Shown here: in pieces, positions 36,321 through 45,531 of the stretch
How the letters are laid out: every line of letters starts with the position of its first letter
Numbering within the stretch: position 1 is the first letter of the stretch
Assembly: GCA_964440955.1 (NCBI GenBank)
Contig: CAYTTP010000002.1
Coordinates: forward strand, 18,372 to 82,371
Direction of reading: 5' to 3'
Origin: an uncultured Candidatus Saccharibacteria bacterium
GTDB taxonomy: Bacteria > Patescibacteriota > Minisyncoccia > Phycocordibacterales > WO2-35-19
DNA length: 64,000 nucleotides
The notes under the pieces: generated by a model
Told to the model about the DNA's origin: nothing
Database searches by the model: none
Seen by the model: the letters and a program-made list of their open reading frames with translations, nothing else
Position numbers and translations under genes: made by a program

Positions 36321-36407
36321 ACCGCACAAAAACAAATAAGAAAAAGGGTTTTTAAGAAAAATACTTGCTTTTTTATATATAATATGATCCCATTTTGGGA
36401 GAGTCCC

Positions 36408-37118
36408 ATGGGGACTGATCTTAGAAAGGACTGTAAAAACGGTATGACCGAACAACAGATGCCGAAGTTTATGGGTGTTCTGGTTGAACACCAAAGAGCC
36501 TTCTTCTCCGACTTTGGGGATGAGGATGCTCAATGGGTAATTCAAAACACCAAGGCTGCAATCGCAGTCTTCGCTCAAGCAGTAAAGAGTCGTGGCGTGA
36601 AGGCGATCGGAGAAATTAAGAACGTTCTCGCAAATCTTAAGAAAATCACGATCAACCCGACGCTCGAAAAGCGCACGGCCGACTGCTTCACCAACACCGA
36701 GCGGTACTACCATCGCGACTCCAATCTGAACACTCTCCTGCCGGAAATCCAACCGGCACAGGAGGCGGTGGAGGTTGCGGTCAATAAGTTGCTGGAGAAC
36801 TCTCGGTTTGTCGGAATGGTGCAGAGCTTGCTCGGCACCACCGACACCGGCACGACAGTTCTCTCCCGCGAAATCATCGCTCGCAAGTACATCTTCTTCC
36901 TTCCGCAGATTGAGCAATTGATCGATCGGCAGGAGTCAGGTGAAAATGTCGGTTTACGAGTAGATGGCTGGGGAAACTTCTTCCTTGTGTTGAACAAGAA
37001 GGGTGGCGTCTCGGTCGTTTGCGTGTGCCGGCGTGGCGGGCGGTGGAGCGTGGGTGTTTACGACCTCGGCAACGTCTACGTTTGGGGTGCCGGGCGCCAC
37101 TTCTTTTCCTGCAACTAG
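36408..37118 (+). CDS. Hypothetical protein encoded in a GC-rich island (about 55-58% GC)
   Basis: Ribosome-binding site GGGAGAG 7 nt before the ATG at 36408; TATAAT at 36378. It competes with an antisense 210-aa ORF (36285..36917, minus strand), so the strand call is tentative. Confidence 0.35.
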   Translation: MGTDLRKDCKNGMTEQQMPKFMGVLVEHQRAFFSDFGDEDAQWVIQNTKAAIAVFAQAVKSRGVKAIGEIKNVLANLKKITINPTLEKRTADCFTNTERYYHRDSNLNTLLPEIQPAQEAVEVAVNKLLENSRFVGMVQSLLGTTDTGTTVLSREIIARKYIFFLPQIEQLIDRQESGENVGLRVDGWGNFFLVLNKKGGVSVVCVCRRGGRWSVGVYDLGNVYVWGAGRHFFSCN

Positions 37119-37234
37119 CCACTATGTATCTTTGATCCTTTGTCCCTGTCCCGATCTACGAAGTTTGTAGGTCGGGACATTTTGTTTATAATACTTTCTG
37201 AATACGCTGGCATCTTGGGTAATTCTGTCTTTTT

Positions 37235-38167
37235 TCACCACTCCATACTATCAACTACTAAACCATTGTTGTCATACAAGGTTAGCTTTTCATTGCGGTC
37301 GCGCCAGAGGGGCCCAAATTTGTTGAGATAAATATAATATTGGTTGCCTGGAAAGTCGGTATCACTAAAATGATTGGCCACACAGGCTTTGTAGGTTGCT
37401 TGGACTTCCATATACGCTTTGCATGACGACGGTGTGCTGTCCGGCAAGTCGCGTAAATAACTATTTTTTACTGTGGTACATCGAGGAATACGCTCAAGCA
37501 GCTCAAGACAATCGTCATTGCGCTCGTTTATGCTGGAGAAGGTAGGCAAGTCGGTGTCGGTGACGAGCGGGCACTGTGTCGGTAGGGTTGGCCAAAATTC
37601 AGCGTTTTCTTCAAAGTAGCCGGTGCACTTGTTGGTACGGAAGGAAATACCAATTGGCGAAAAGCCTTTGATAATGTAGGCACTGTCTTGATATTGAAGT
37701 ACTACGTCTTGATAGGTTTTGCTGAAAGGGAAGGGAAGTAGGGAGGCGCCACCTATGACTACTGTATTACCAGTTTTTTCGCTTCGTAAGTACCAACCGG
37801 TGATTTTGATAGTCTGGTTTTTTTGGAGGTAGGTTGAGAGGCGAATATATTCATGTCCCGGGTCGCTATTGTTTAAATTGTTGACCATACTCATTGTCAC
37901 AAGGTCATTGTAGGGGGAGGTATTGCTACTCGAATTATTTTTAGCGATGTTTTGCTCTAGTTTTTTTATTTGCTGCTCAACTTCTTTGATGTTTTCAGCG
38001 GCAGTTTTGTTTGGGGTGTATCCAAGCGATGATTGGTCATATTGATTTGGCGACCCTATTGATGAGTTGCTCTCATTTTTGATCGCATTTTGCTTGTATG
38101 GGCCATAAGCAAGACCTAAAAGTACAAAGAGGACTAAAAGTATAACGATTGGTTCTTTGTCTTTCAT
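37235..38167 (-). CDS. Hypothetical secreted or membrane-anchored protein
   Basis: N-terminal TM helix, coiled-coil segment, Cys-containing C-terminal domain. Confidence 0.4.
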   Translation of the reverse strand: MKDKEPIVILLVLFVLLGLAYGPYKQNAIKNESNSSIGSPNQYDQSSLGYTPNKTAAENIKEVEQQIKKLEQNIAKNNSSSNTSPYNDLVTMSMVNNLNNSDPGHEYIRLSTYLQKNQTIKITGWYLRSEKTGNTVVIGGASLLPFPFSKTYQDVVLQYQDSAYIIKGFSPIGISFRTNKCTGYFEENAEFWPTLPTQCPLVTDTDLPTFSSINERNDDCLELLERIPRCTTVKNSYLRDLPDSTPSSCKAYMEVQATYKACVANHFSDTDFPGNQYYIYLNKFGPLWRDRNEKLTLYDNNGLVVDSMEW

Positions 38168-38171
38168 TTTT

Positions 38172-39035
38172 TTATTTAAACATTTTTTGGTGTACTGGAC
38201 AGTAGTGGGAGCTTCTGCCTCGCACCATCACGCGTTCTATTATACCAGGACAGCCTGGATGAACACACTTTTTTGACCGCTTGCTATAGACTTTATGGAA
38301 ATTTTGGAAACCACCTTTTTCGCCAAAGGCGTTTCGATAGTCTGACTTTGAGTCGCCGCCATGTTTGATCGAAAAATTCAATATCTTTCTCATTATTTTC
38401 CACATCTCAAAATACTTTTCTTTTGGTATTTTGGAGGCGTTTGAAAGTGGGTGAACACCAGTCTCAAAAAGTATCTCATCGGAGTAAATGTTGCCGATAC
38501 CAGCTACCGCGGTTTGGTCGAGGAGGGCTGACTTTATCGGCATACTATTTTTGTTTTTTAAAATCTCAAAGAAATTGGAAGCGGTAAATGAATCGTGAAG
38601 TGGCTCCGGCCCAAGTCGAAGAAGTGACTCGTGGCTATCGAGTTTTGTAGTTTCTACAACAGCTACTGAACCAAACTTTCTAAGGTCGGAAAAAAGTAGA
38701 TAGTGGCCGTTTGAAAGAGAGAAGTAGAGGTGGAGGTATTTTTCGTTTCTATCTTTTTTATACATCAAACAACCGGTCATTTTCATATGTACCAGTATGG
38801 TGTAGTCACCGCTTAGATGGATCAAAATATTTTTGCCTCGGCGTTCGACGTTTTTGATTTTCTTGCTGATAACTATTTTTTTGAAATCCTCAAAATATTT
38901 TTTGTTTTTTATCGTTTGTCTCGATTTGTGGGTGGTGCCGACATGAAAATCAGACCAAATATCGATAATTTTTTTATTTTTTATAACAGTGTTTAGTCCA
39001 GTCACTGTAGTATGTACTTCGGGAAGTTCTGGCAT
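38172..39035 (-). CDS. mutM: Formamidopyrimidine-DNA glycosylase (Fpg/Nei family)
   Basis: MPELPEV N-terminus with catalytic Pro2; C-terminal zinc finger CxxC...CxxC. Confidence 0.85.
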   Translation of the reverse strand: MPELPEVHTTVTGLNTVIKNKKIIDIWSDFHVGTTHKSRQTIKNKKYFEDFKKIVISKKIKNVERRGKNILIHLSGDYTILVHMKMTGCLMYKKDRNEKYLHLYFSLSNGHYLLFSDLRKFGSVAVVETTKLDSHESLLRLGPEPLHDSFTASNFFEILKNKNSMPIKSALLDQTAVAGIGNIYSDEILFETGVHPLSNASKIPKEKYFEMWKIMRKILNFSIKHGGDSKSDYRNAFGEKGGFQNFHKVYSKRSKKCVHPGCPGIIERVMVRGRSSHYCPVHQKMFK

Positions 39036-39037
39036 GG

Positions 39038-39116
39038 GATTGAATTATGAAGTATGAAGTATGAATTAAGAATTATGCATCGGAAACCATAATTCATCAT
39101 TCTTTATTCATGATTC
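39038..39116. repeat. AT-rich inverted-repeat pair between murE and mutM
   Basis: GATTGAATTATGAAGTATGAAGTATGAATTAAGAATTATGCAT / CCATAATTCATCATTCTTTATTCATGATTC; it supplies the last codons of murE. Confidence 0.6.
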
Positions 39117-40416
39117 TTTTGATTTCTTCGCGTACCACCGTTGCATCGTCCCACTCTTGTTTGGTACCGTTTGGACCCATGATGTATGGGTCGGTGCCTT
39201 TGCCAGTGATCAAAACGGCTAAACCTTTTTGATCACTGGCACCTTGCTCGTCCGACAAAGCTTTAGCGACGTCGGAAGCGCGGAGTGTTACCGCCTTTTT
39301 AAGCGCATGTCTTATAGCCTCTCTGCGATCGAGGATGACTTCAACTGGTTTTTTGACAATTACCTCGCGCATTTCCTCGATTATCTTTTCAGGATCTTCG
39401 TCGTACGGGTCTTCATTGGTTAAAATTATGTAATCGCAATGTTCTTCAGCAACTCGAGCCATGGCCGGTCTTTTCCAAGTGTCGCGCCCTCCACCAGTAT
39501 TGCCAAGGACACATATTTTTTTGTAAGTGCCGTAAGCGGAGTAAATAGCGTCGAGGGACTCGCGAGTATGGGCGTAGTCAACCACCACTTCAAAGTCTTG
39601 ACCTTCCTGAATCTTTTCCATTCGACCTCGTACGAGGGTGATATTTTCCAAACCTTTTTTGATGTCTTGATCGGTTATGCCGAAGTGTCGAGCACAAGCT
39701 ACGGCTCCGGCAATGTTTTGAATATTGAATGAACCATGAAGAGGGGTGTGAATGACGGTTTTGTCGAGCTGAAAGGATGAGCCTTGAGGGGAGCTTTTGA
39801 CATCAAGTAGGTCGCTTGCGGAGTAGGGTATTTTGTATTTTATATCAAGCGATAAAAACTTTTCCGACTCAATATCGTCTTTGTTTGCGATTATTGCTCT
39901 CTTTGGTTTTGTACTCTTTTCGAGTGTTTTTGCTATCGCCAGTTTGGCGGCAACATATTTTTCATAAGAGCCGTGCGACTCTATGTGTTCTGGGGAGAGG
40001 TTGGTGAATATAAGAGCATCGAGTTCGATAAACTTGTGGCGGTATTGTCGAGCACCTTCGGAGCTCATCTCAATTATGGCCGTGTCGCAGCCTTCACGTA
40101 TGGCGTTATATAGGAATTTTTGCACAAAAAATCTTCCCGGCATGGTCATTTTATAAAGATTGCGCTTTGAATTTTCGCCGATAGAAAATTGAACAGTACT
40201 TGAGGAAGCGACTTTGTACCCTCCTGCCTTAAAGAGGGTAGCTGTCACTTCGGTAACTGTTGTTTTGCCTTTAGTGCCAGTCACTCCTATTACTCGTATC
40301 TTTTTTGATGGGAAGCCATAAATGACTGCACCGAGAAATGCAAGTGAGTAATGATAGATTGGCTGACCAAGCTTGAAGAGTGGGTGAGGTATTATTTTTT
40401 TTAAAAAATCTAACAT
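39097..40416 (-). CDS. murE: Mur ligase, MurE-like (UDP-MurNAc-L-Ala-D-Glu to diamino acid ligase), lacking an N-terminal domain
   Basis: GVTGTKGKTTV P-loop, DYAHT motif, NTGGGRDTWKR motif. Confidence 0.7.
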   Translation of the reverse strand: MLDFLKKIIPHPLFKLGQPIYHYSLAFLGAVIYGFPSKKIRVIGVTGTKGKTTVTEVTATLFKAGGYKVASSSTVQFSIGENSKRNLYKMTMPGRFFVQKFLYNAIREGCDTAIIEMSSEGARQYRHKFIELDALIFTNLSPEHIESHGSYEKYVAAKLAIAKTLEKSTKPKRAIIANKDDIESEKFLSLDIKYKIPYSASDLLDVKSSPQGSSFQLDKTVIHTPLHGSFNIQNIAGAVACARHFGITDQDIKKGLENITLVRGRMEKIQEGQDFEVVVDYAHTRESLDAIYSAYGTYKKICVLGNTGGGRDTWKRPAMARVAEEHCDYIILTNEDPYDEDPEKIIEEMREVIVKKPVEVILDRREAIRHALKKAVTLRASDVAKALSDEQGASDQKGLAVLITGKGTDPYIMGPNGTKQEWDDATVVREEIKRIMNKE

Positions 40417-40417
40417 G

Positions 40418-40984
40418 TTAGTTTGATATTTGTTTTAATGCGTACTTGATCCTTTCGTTTGTTCCTTCTATCTCTTTTGGTAATTGTTTTATTGTCTCTT
40501 GTATATCACGTTCTCGATAGCCGAGCGATTTTAATGCTTCAAAAACATCAATGTCTGTTGTTGTTCCGTCTTTTTGGGAGCCTCTTGATACGAGTTTGCC
40601 GTTTAGCTCGATAACTATTTTTTCGGCGGTTTTTTTGCCGATCCCTGAAATAGTAGTGAGTGCTGAAGTGTCGCCGGTGGCTACTGCCTGTTCGATTGCT
40701 TGGACTCCTGCCACTCCCAATATTGCTAGTCCTGATTTTGGTCCGACACCAGAGACAGAGAGCAGGAGCTCAAATATTTTTAACTCTTGCTCGTTTTCAA
40801 AACCATACAGATCGATCGAGTTTTCCCGTACTGCCGTATGCGTCCAAAAATTAGCTTCACTGCCGATTTTAAGATTTTGGCTGGCTTGGATAGTTATATT
40901 GATAACAAAGCCTATACCTCCGCATTTAACGATGGTTTTGGAAGGCAAAATTTCAAATATTGTTCCTGAAATATGACCAAACAT
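40418..40984 (-). CDS. ruvA: Holliday junction branch-migration protein RuvA
   Basis: N-terminal OB domain (MFGHISGTI...VKCGGIGF), HhH motifs GVGPK and GIGKKTA. Confidence 0.85.
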   Translation of the reverse strand: MFGHISGTIFEILPSKTIVKCGGIGFVINITIQASQNLKIGSEANFWTHTAVRENSIDLYGFENEQELKIFELLLSVSGVGPKSGLAILGVAGVQAIEQAVATGDTSALTTISGIGKKTAEKIVIELNGKLVSRGSQKDGTTTDIDVFEALKSLGYRERDIQETIKQLPKEIEGTNERIKYALKQISN

Positions 40985-41124
40985 ATTAGTAAGTATATAG
41001 CATTAGTCAGCTAGTTAAAATTTGCATTATTTTCAATATGATGGTAATCTTAGCTAATTCAATTTTCAGTGTTTAATTTCCACCTCTTCGGTGGATAAAC
41101 TTAATATTAAATTTTAAATCCGGT

Positions 41125-41388
41125 ATGCCAATAACATCATCAGCCAAAAAAGCTCTCCGCTCATCCAAACGTAAGCGAGTTTTCAACTTGAAAAGGAAGG
41201 ACGAAATGAACTTGGTGTCAAAAGAATATAAAAAACTTCTTGTAAGTGGTAAAGAGGCAGAAGCTGCTAAAATGCTTCCAAAGCTTCAGCAAGCGATCGA
41301 CAAAGCAGCTAAACGGGGGATTATCAAAAAGAATACTGCTTCTCGCAAGAAGTCGAGGTTCTCAAAAAAACTTCCTTCGAAGAAATAA
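41125..41388 (+). CDS. rpsT: 30S ribosomal protein S20
   Basis: MPITSSAKKALRSSKRKR N-terminus; 87-aa basic helical protein. Confidence 0.85.
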   Translation: MPITSSAKKALRSSKRKRVFNLKRKDEMNLVSKEYKKLLVSGKEAEAAKMLPKLQQAIDKAAKRGIIKKNTASRKKSRFSKKLPSKK

Positions 41389-41394
41389 TCAAAA

Positions 41395-41425
41395 CAAAAA
41401 ATCCCTCTCGGGATTTTTTGTTTGT
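41395..41425 (+). terminator. Rho-independent terminator of rpsT (AAATCCC-TCTC-GGGATTTTTTG)
   Basis: 7-bp GC-containing stem plus a T6 tract. Confidence 0.7.
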
Positions 41426-41443
41426 AGATAAATATATTTATGA

Positions 41444-41472
41444 AAATCGGGTCGCCTTCTGGCGACCCGATT
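41444..41472 (-). terminator. Rho-independent terminator of the minus-strand histidine phosphatase gene
   Basis: ATCGGGTCGCC-TTCT-GGCGACCCGAT stem with a T-run on the minus strand. Confidence 0.65.
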
Positions 41473-41473
41473 G

Positions 41474-42103
41474 CTAATGGTTGTGCTGTTCCTGACGGAA
41501 GAGATGTCTTTCCTCAAGTGTTGTTCCTTTGGCTAGGCGAAGGAGTTCGCCGTTGCCGAAGTGGAAAATATTCAGCACTTCTCTCCACCTAATGTTGTAA
41601 TAGGCGCCGTATAGAGCCTTGCCCATGTCCCCGTGGGTTACAAGCAAGATCTTGTGGTTCGGCCCTTGGTGTAGGTGTTCGAGGAGTTGGATGACCCGTC
41701 GCGCTCTTTCCCAGAGTTGAAAGAATGTTTCTACCCCAGGACCAGATAGGAAATACGTGATCGTGCCGGTCTTGATGGTGTATGGTGCGCAAAGCTTCTC
41801 GATCTCACTGACTTTTTCCCCGGCCATGTACCCAAAGTCACGCTCGATGAGCGAGTGTAGGATTATCGGATCTCCGTTGTTTACACCCAACCAATCGCAG
41901 ATTGTGCTTGTGGTCGAGCGTGCTCTGACTAGTGGCGAAGTGTACACTGCATCAAACTGAATTCCAGCATCCTCGATCTTTTGAGCGAGCCTTTCAGCTT
42001 GTTGCTCACCAAGATCGGTCAGATCCTCATCGCGATGGCCGTTTAGAATACCTTCTTCGTTGTCCTTGTCTTGTCCGTGTCGGACTACGTAGATTTCTAA
42101 CAA
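41474..42103 (-). CDS. Histidine phosphatase (phosphoglycerate mutase superfamily); comparatively GC-rich gene
   Basis: RHG motif (VVRHGQDKDN), SPLVRARST, and a late conserved histidine in VTHG. Confidence 0.75.
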   Translation of the reverse strand: MLEIYVVRHGQDKDNEEGILNGHRDEDLTDLGEQQAERLAQKIEDAGIQFDAVYTSPLVRARSTTSTICDWLGVNNGDPIILHSLIERDFGYMAGEKVSEIEKLCAPYTIKTGTITYFLSGPGVETFFQLWERARRVIQLLEHLHQGPNHKILLVTHGDMGKALYGAYYNIRWREVLNIFHFGNGELLRLAKGTTLEERHLFRQEQHNH

Positions 42104-42202
42104 TTTGTACCGTTCCTTTCTGCCGAAAAGATATACTAAAAATCTTTTTTGGTCAAAAGTAGCAAAAACATAGTTATTTTGTTATTGTCTTTATGTAAAC
42201 AA

Positions 42203-42274
42203 GCTCCCGTCGTTCAATGGATAGGACGTATCCTTGCGGAGGATATGATGTAGGTTCGATTCCTGCCGGGAGCA
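42203..42274 (+). tRNA. tRNA-Arg; my anticodon-loop parse gives GCG
   Basis: Acceptor GCTCCCG/CGGGAGC; its D-loop and T-arm closely match the two other Arg tRNAs in the window; anticodon loop TTGCGGA. Confidence 0.65.
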
Positions 42275-42503
42275 CAAAAGTACGAAATAATTTTGTGCTC
42301 TCGGGCAAGCAAACTGCTTTGCTTGCGAACAGGAATCGAACGGCGGAATATGTTTTTTGTAGCAACAAAAAACTATGAGCCGGTGCCCAGACAAATTTTG
42401 CGTGGTTAGCAAAATTTAGTCGAGGGAGATACTTCTACCGGGAGCACCACGAGATTTAGTATAATTTTATTTTGGAAAAAATTACTAAACAATATAAATA
42501 ATT

Positions 42504-42833
42504 ATGGAAGAATTAAATAGCCCCGAAAGTTTTGAAGGTTTTAAAAATAGGGTTGCAGAAATTTTTAAAAAAGAAGGACTTTCTGATAGCTTGAAGTCTG
42601 AAATAGAAAGTTGGTTGGCATCAGCATACGAAAGGTATGACAGAGAGGGTAGTTCTGCAGAAGAAAGGATTTTAATTATGTTGCAAATGGCACAAATATA
42701 TGGAGCTACAGAGCAATACGATAACTCTTGGGATACTTTAGAATCCGCTTGGGATTATGCAAGTGGTGAGCAAAATGCTGAATTAGTTGAAAAAGTTGAA
42801 GATATGATGGACTCAATACACATCAGAAAGTGA
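42504..42833 (+). CDS. Hypothetical small acidic protein
   Basis: 109-aa ORF with a ribosome-binding site; no recognisable motif. Confidence 0.3.
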   Translation: MEELNSPESFEGFKNRVAEIFKKEGLSDSLKSEIESWLASAYERYDREGSSAEERILIMLQMAQIYGATEQYDNSWDTLESAWDYASGEQNAELVEKVEDMMDSIHIRK

Positions 42834-42871
42834 TGATTTTTTGGTAAAAATAAACTGACTTTTTTCCTAAC

Positions 42872-43345
42872 CTACCGAGAAATGAGTTTATCAAACCATT
42901 CGTGGATGATGGATTCGCGCAAATAACCTTCTTCCAAAAATTGAAGCATGGTCTCGCGCAGGTCATCAAGGTTGACTTCTTCGTTTATATGAACAATAAC
43001 GAGAGGCAAAAAAGTGTTTTTTGGGTTTAGTAGGATGCGTGAGCCATGAATATGGTCATCTTCGATCCAAAAATATTGGTAGGAGCTCCATGGGTAGAGG
43101 TATTTGTCGAGCACTATCCCTGCTTGAGTGACGCGGACCTCGATGGTTCGTGTTTCTTTGTATGAAAGAATAGAAAGGGTGATACCACCAACGATGACAA
43201 GTATTCCGAACAAAAAGTTGCCGAAATAAAACGAGAGTACTGCGATCGCAAGAGCGATAATGCCAAGCGCCCAATACCAGTCCTTACTCTTTTTTTCAAA
43301 ATGATGTTCGGGTGAGGTCCACTCGATCAAGGTTTCTTCTCGCAT
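42872..43345 (-). CDS. Hypothetical membrane protein (two TM helices plus a cytoplasmic domain)
   Basis: Hydrophobic hairpin WALGIIALAIAVLSFYFGNFLFGILVIVGG. Confidence 0.4.
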   Translation of the reverse strand: MREETLIEWTSPEHHFEKKSKDWYWALGIIALAIAVLSFYFGNFLFGILVIVGGITLSILSYKETRTIEVRVTQAGIVLDKYLYPWSSYQYFWIEDDHIHGSRILLNPKNTFLPLVIVHINEEVNLDDLRETMLQFLEEGYLRESIIHEWFDKLISR

Positions 43346-43450
43346 GAAATAATTTTATCACAGTAAATAAATAAAGTAATTCAAAAACGTCTCTTCGAAA
43401 AGGTCCTCGAGTAAGGTCCCCAGACCATTTTCTTATAGATTTTTTTTGAA

Positions 43451-43813
43451 TTACTTTACAAGAGTGCCTGGAAGTACTGCGTTGTCTAATTTCAAAAGTG
43501 AAAAGAAATTGTCTCCCGAAACCGCCATGATCATACCTTGGCTTTCGAGACCCATCATTTGTCTTGGTTCGAGGTTTGTTACAAAAGCGCAAGTTGTACC
43601 AACCAATTCTTCAGGGTTTATGTGTTTGGCGATGCCAGAGAGTATTTGTCTTGGTTGTCTTCCTTCGACCGTCGAAGCGTCAGCGAAGGCGGTGCCAAAA
43701 TCAACCACAAGCTTTAGTAACTTGTCAGAACCTTCTATTTTTTCTGCGCTCAAAATCTTGCCGGCGCGGATTTCTACTTTTTTAAAATCATCTATTGAAA
43801 TTGTGTTTTCCAT
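43451..43813 (-). CDS. tRNA-binding domain protein (CsaA / Myf / EMAP-II-like OB fold)
   Basis: FKKVEIRAGKIL...VVDFG...ILSGI motif resembles the MetRS C-terminal tRNA-binding domain. Confidence 0.65.
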   Translation of the reverse strand: MENTISIDDFKKVEIRAGKILSAEKIEGSDKLLKLVVDFGTAFADASTVEGRQPRQILSGIAKHINPEELVGTTCAFVTNLEPRQMMGLESQGMIMAVSGDNFFSLLKLDNAVLPGTLVK

Positions 43814-43815
43814 AT

Positions 43816-44181
43816 TTATTTTCCTGTGGTTAATTCTTCTCCTTCATAAATGTCTTTGGTCGCTATCCAGCAAATTTCGGTGTCACCTGGCAAAACTTGA
43901 GTATTGTCTATGTTTGGTTTTTTGGAACTGTTTATAAATCTTGAATTGTCGATTGAACAAATATAGGAGTTGGTACGAGGGGAGATGTACCCGCCGTCTC
44001 GAACCATTTCCCTCTGAACTTCCGGAAAGCTCTCGACCTGCTTTGGGTCGAAAAACATATCAAATCGCGGGTCAAACCGCCACACCACCGTTTTGGCCGG
44101 TATGTATTGCATAGCTAACAACCCAACACCAGTCAGCTTGTTTCTCCTGCTGTATCTTACTTTTGTTTTGACTAGTAGCAT
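43816..44181 (-). CDS. Minimal SET-domain-like protein (putative lysine methyltransferase), about 121 aa
   Basis: GVGLLA (GxG motif), RFINSSKKPN (compare RFINHS..PN) and a GEELT C-terminal motif; resembles 119-aa viral/bacterial mini-SET proteins. Confidence 0.4.
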   Translation of the reverse strand: MLLVKTKVRYSRRNKLTGVGLLAMQYIPAKTVVWRFDPRFDMFFDPKQVESFPEVQREMVRDGGYISPRTNSYICSIDNSRFINSSKKPNIDNTQVLPGDTEICWIATKDIYEGEELTTGK

Positions 44182-44187
44182 GATAAA

Positions 44188-45249
44188 TTATTGCGCTTTT
44201 TTTATATTTACAACATTGGCTCTATTGAAAACCTGACTGTCCATATATGTATAATAGTAAATATCGATTTCTACAAATACCTTATCTAAATTTTTAAATC
44301 CCAATTTTTTAATATTCTCTGTATTTTCTATTCCAAACCAAACCATTCTGCTATCACTACTAAGATAGGGTAATTGTTTTAGAGAATCATTAGTTAAATA
44401 CCGTATTGAGTATTCTGGTCCAAACCCTTCTTCCTTTAGGTCCCTGATGTATAAGGTTCCCGTTAGTTTGGCTGTTCCTTTAAATTCTATTCCTACCTTT
44501 GCTTCAGAAATTGGGTAATAAATTTTGTCTACTACCATAGCTCCAACTTTTTGACCTATCTCGATATTTTCATGACTAAAGATATTTGGAGTTAATCCTA
44601 GTGATTCTGTAGCGTCATGTTGGATGTTTATATAAAGACCCCCATTTACTGCATCTCTCGTACCAATACTCAAAATTAAAGAATTATTATCTTTTTGATA
44701 AAGAAAATCTTGGTAAAAACCAGGCTCTCTAGGTTTTGCTGTCAATATCCAATTATTATCAGCTAACCAATTTTTGATTAGGGTAACAACGTTGCTATGT
44801 TCTCTGCGGGCAATTTCTACATCATTTTTATATTCAAGGTCTTCAGAATTAAATGATTTGCTGAATAGCATTACAATATCGTTTGGTTTTGGCAGTCTTT
44901 CTGTTTCTATGGTTTGTATAAATTTCCAACCGCTATAACTCCCATCAAACTTCCATTGAATCAGTTTTTCGATTTCAGATATGTCGCTATTTATTTTATC
45001 AAAATTATTAAGGGTCAATTCAATTTCTTTTTCGTTCACGGTCGATTTCATAAAGTCACCATCTTTCTTGGGGTAGGATGGCATAAGATGATCTAATATC
45101 TTGTCACCAAAAAAAAGAATGATTCCTGTGATGGTCAAAATAACTCCAATCAAAATTATCAATTTTTTTGATTTTTTAGGAGGTTGGGGTTGTAGAGTGG
45201 CTTCACCGAACTGTGTGGTTTTAATATTTAGGAGATTATTGTCGTCCAT
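44188..45249 (-). CDS. Hypothetical membrane-anchored protein
   Basis: N-terminal TM helix followed by a 300-aa domain. Confidence 0.4.
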   Translation of the reverse strand: MDDNNLLNIKTTQFGEATLQPQPPKKSKKLIILIGVILTITGIILFFGDKILDHLMPSYPKKDGDFMKSTVNEKEIELTLNNFDKINSDISEIEKLIQWKFDGSYSGWKFIQTIETERLPKPNDIVMLFSKSFNSEDLEYKNDVEIARREHSNVVTLIKNWLADNNWILTAKPREPGFYQDFLYQKDNNSLILSIGTRDAVNGGLYINIQHDATESLGLTPNIFSHENIEIGQKVGAMVVDKIYYPISEAKVGIEFKGTAKLTGTLYIRDLKEEGFGPEYSIRYLTNDSLKQLPYLSSDSRMVWFGIENTENIKKLGFKNLDKVFVEIDIYYYTYMDSQVFNRANVVNIKKAQ

Positions 45250-45366
45250 TTATTTTGATTAGAGTTGGCTATAAATAATAAGTTTACTATACAATAAAAA
45301 AACTTTTGTGAAAATCAGATTTATGTTGTAGTATCTTCTTACAGAGATCGTGATTGAAAACAACGC

Positions 45367-45454
45367 GGAGGAGTGGCTCGAGAGGTTTAAGGCACTGGTC
45401 TTGAAAACCGGCATACTCGAAAGGGTATCGTGAGTTCGAATCTCACCTCCTCCG
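45367..45454 (+). tRNA. tRNA-Ser (anticodon TGA)
   Basis: Acceptor GGAGGAG/CTCCTCC, anticodon loop CTTGAAA, long variable arm, T-loop TTCGAAT; promoter TTGTGA-17-TAGTAT upstream. Confidence 0.85.
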
Positions 45455-45531
45455 CAGTGTTTTCAATCGAACCTTATCTCATTAGCTAAGCGAAATAAAA
45501 TAAATAAATCCAACAAAAGATTTTTAAAATA

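Noticed and set aside
36285-36917. 210-aa minus-strand ORF overlapping the GC-rich plus-strand gene
   Set aside because: Long antisense ORFs are expected in GC-rich DNA. The plus-strand ORF has a ribosome-binding site and a promoter. The strand call remains tentative.
42174-42412. Two minus-strand ORFs of 64 aa and 73 aa
   Set aside because: They overlap the tRNA-Arg gene and its flanks.
43446-43937. 163-aa plus-strand ORF
   Set aside because: It is antisense to the well-supported tRNA-binding protein and SET-like genes.
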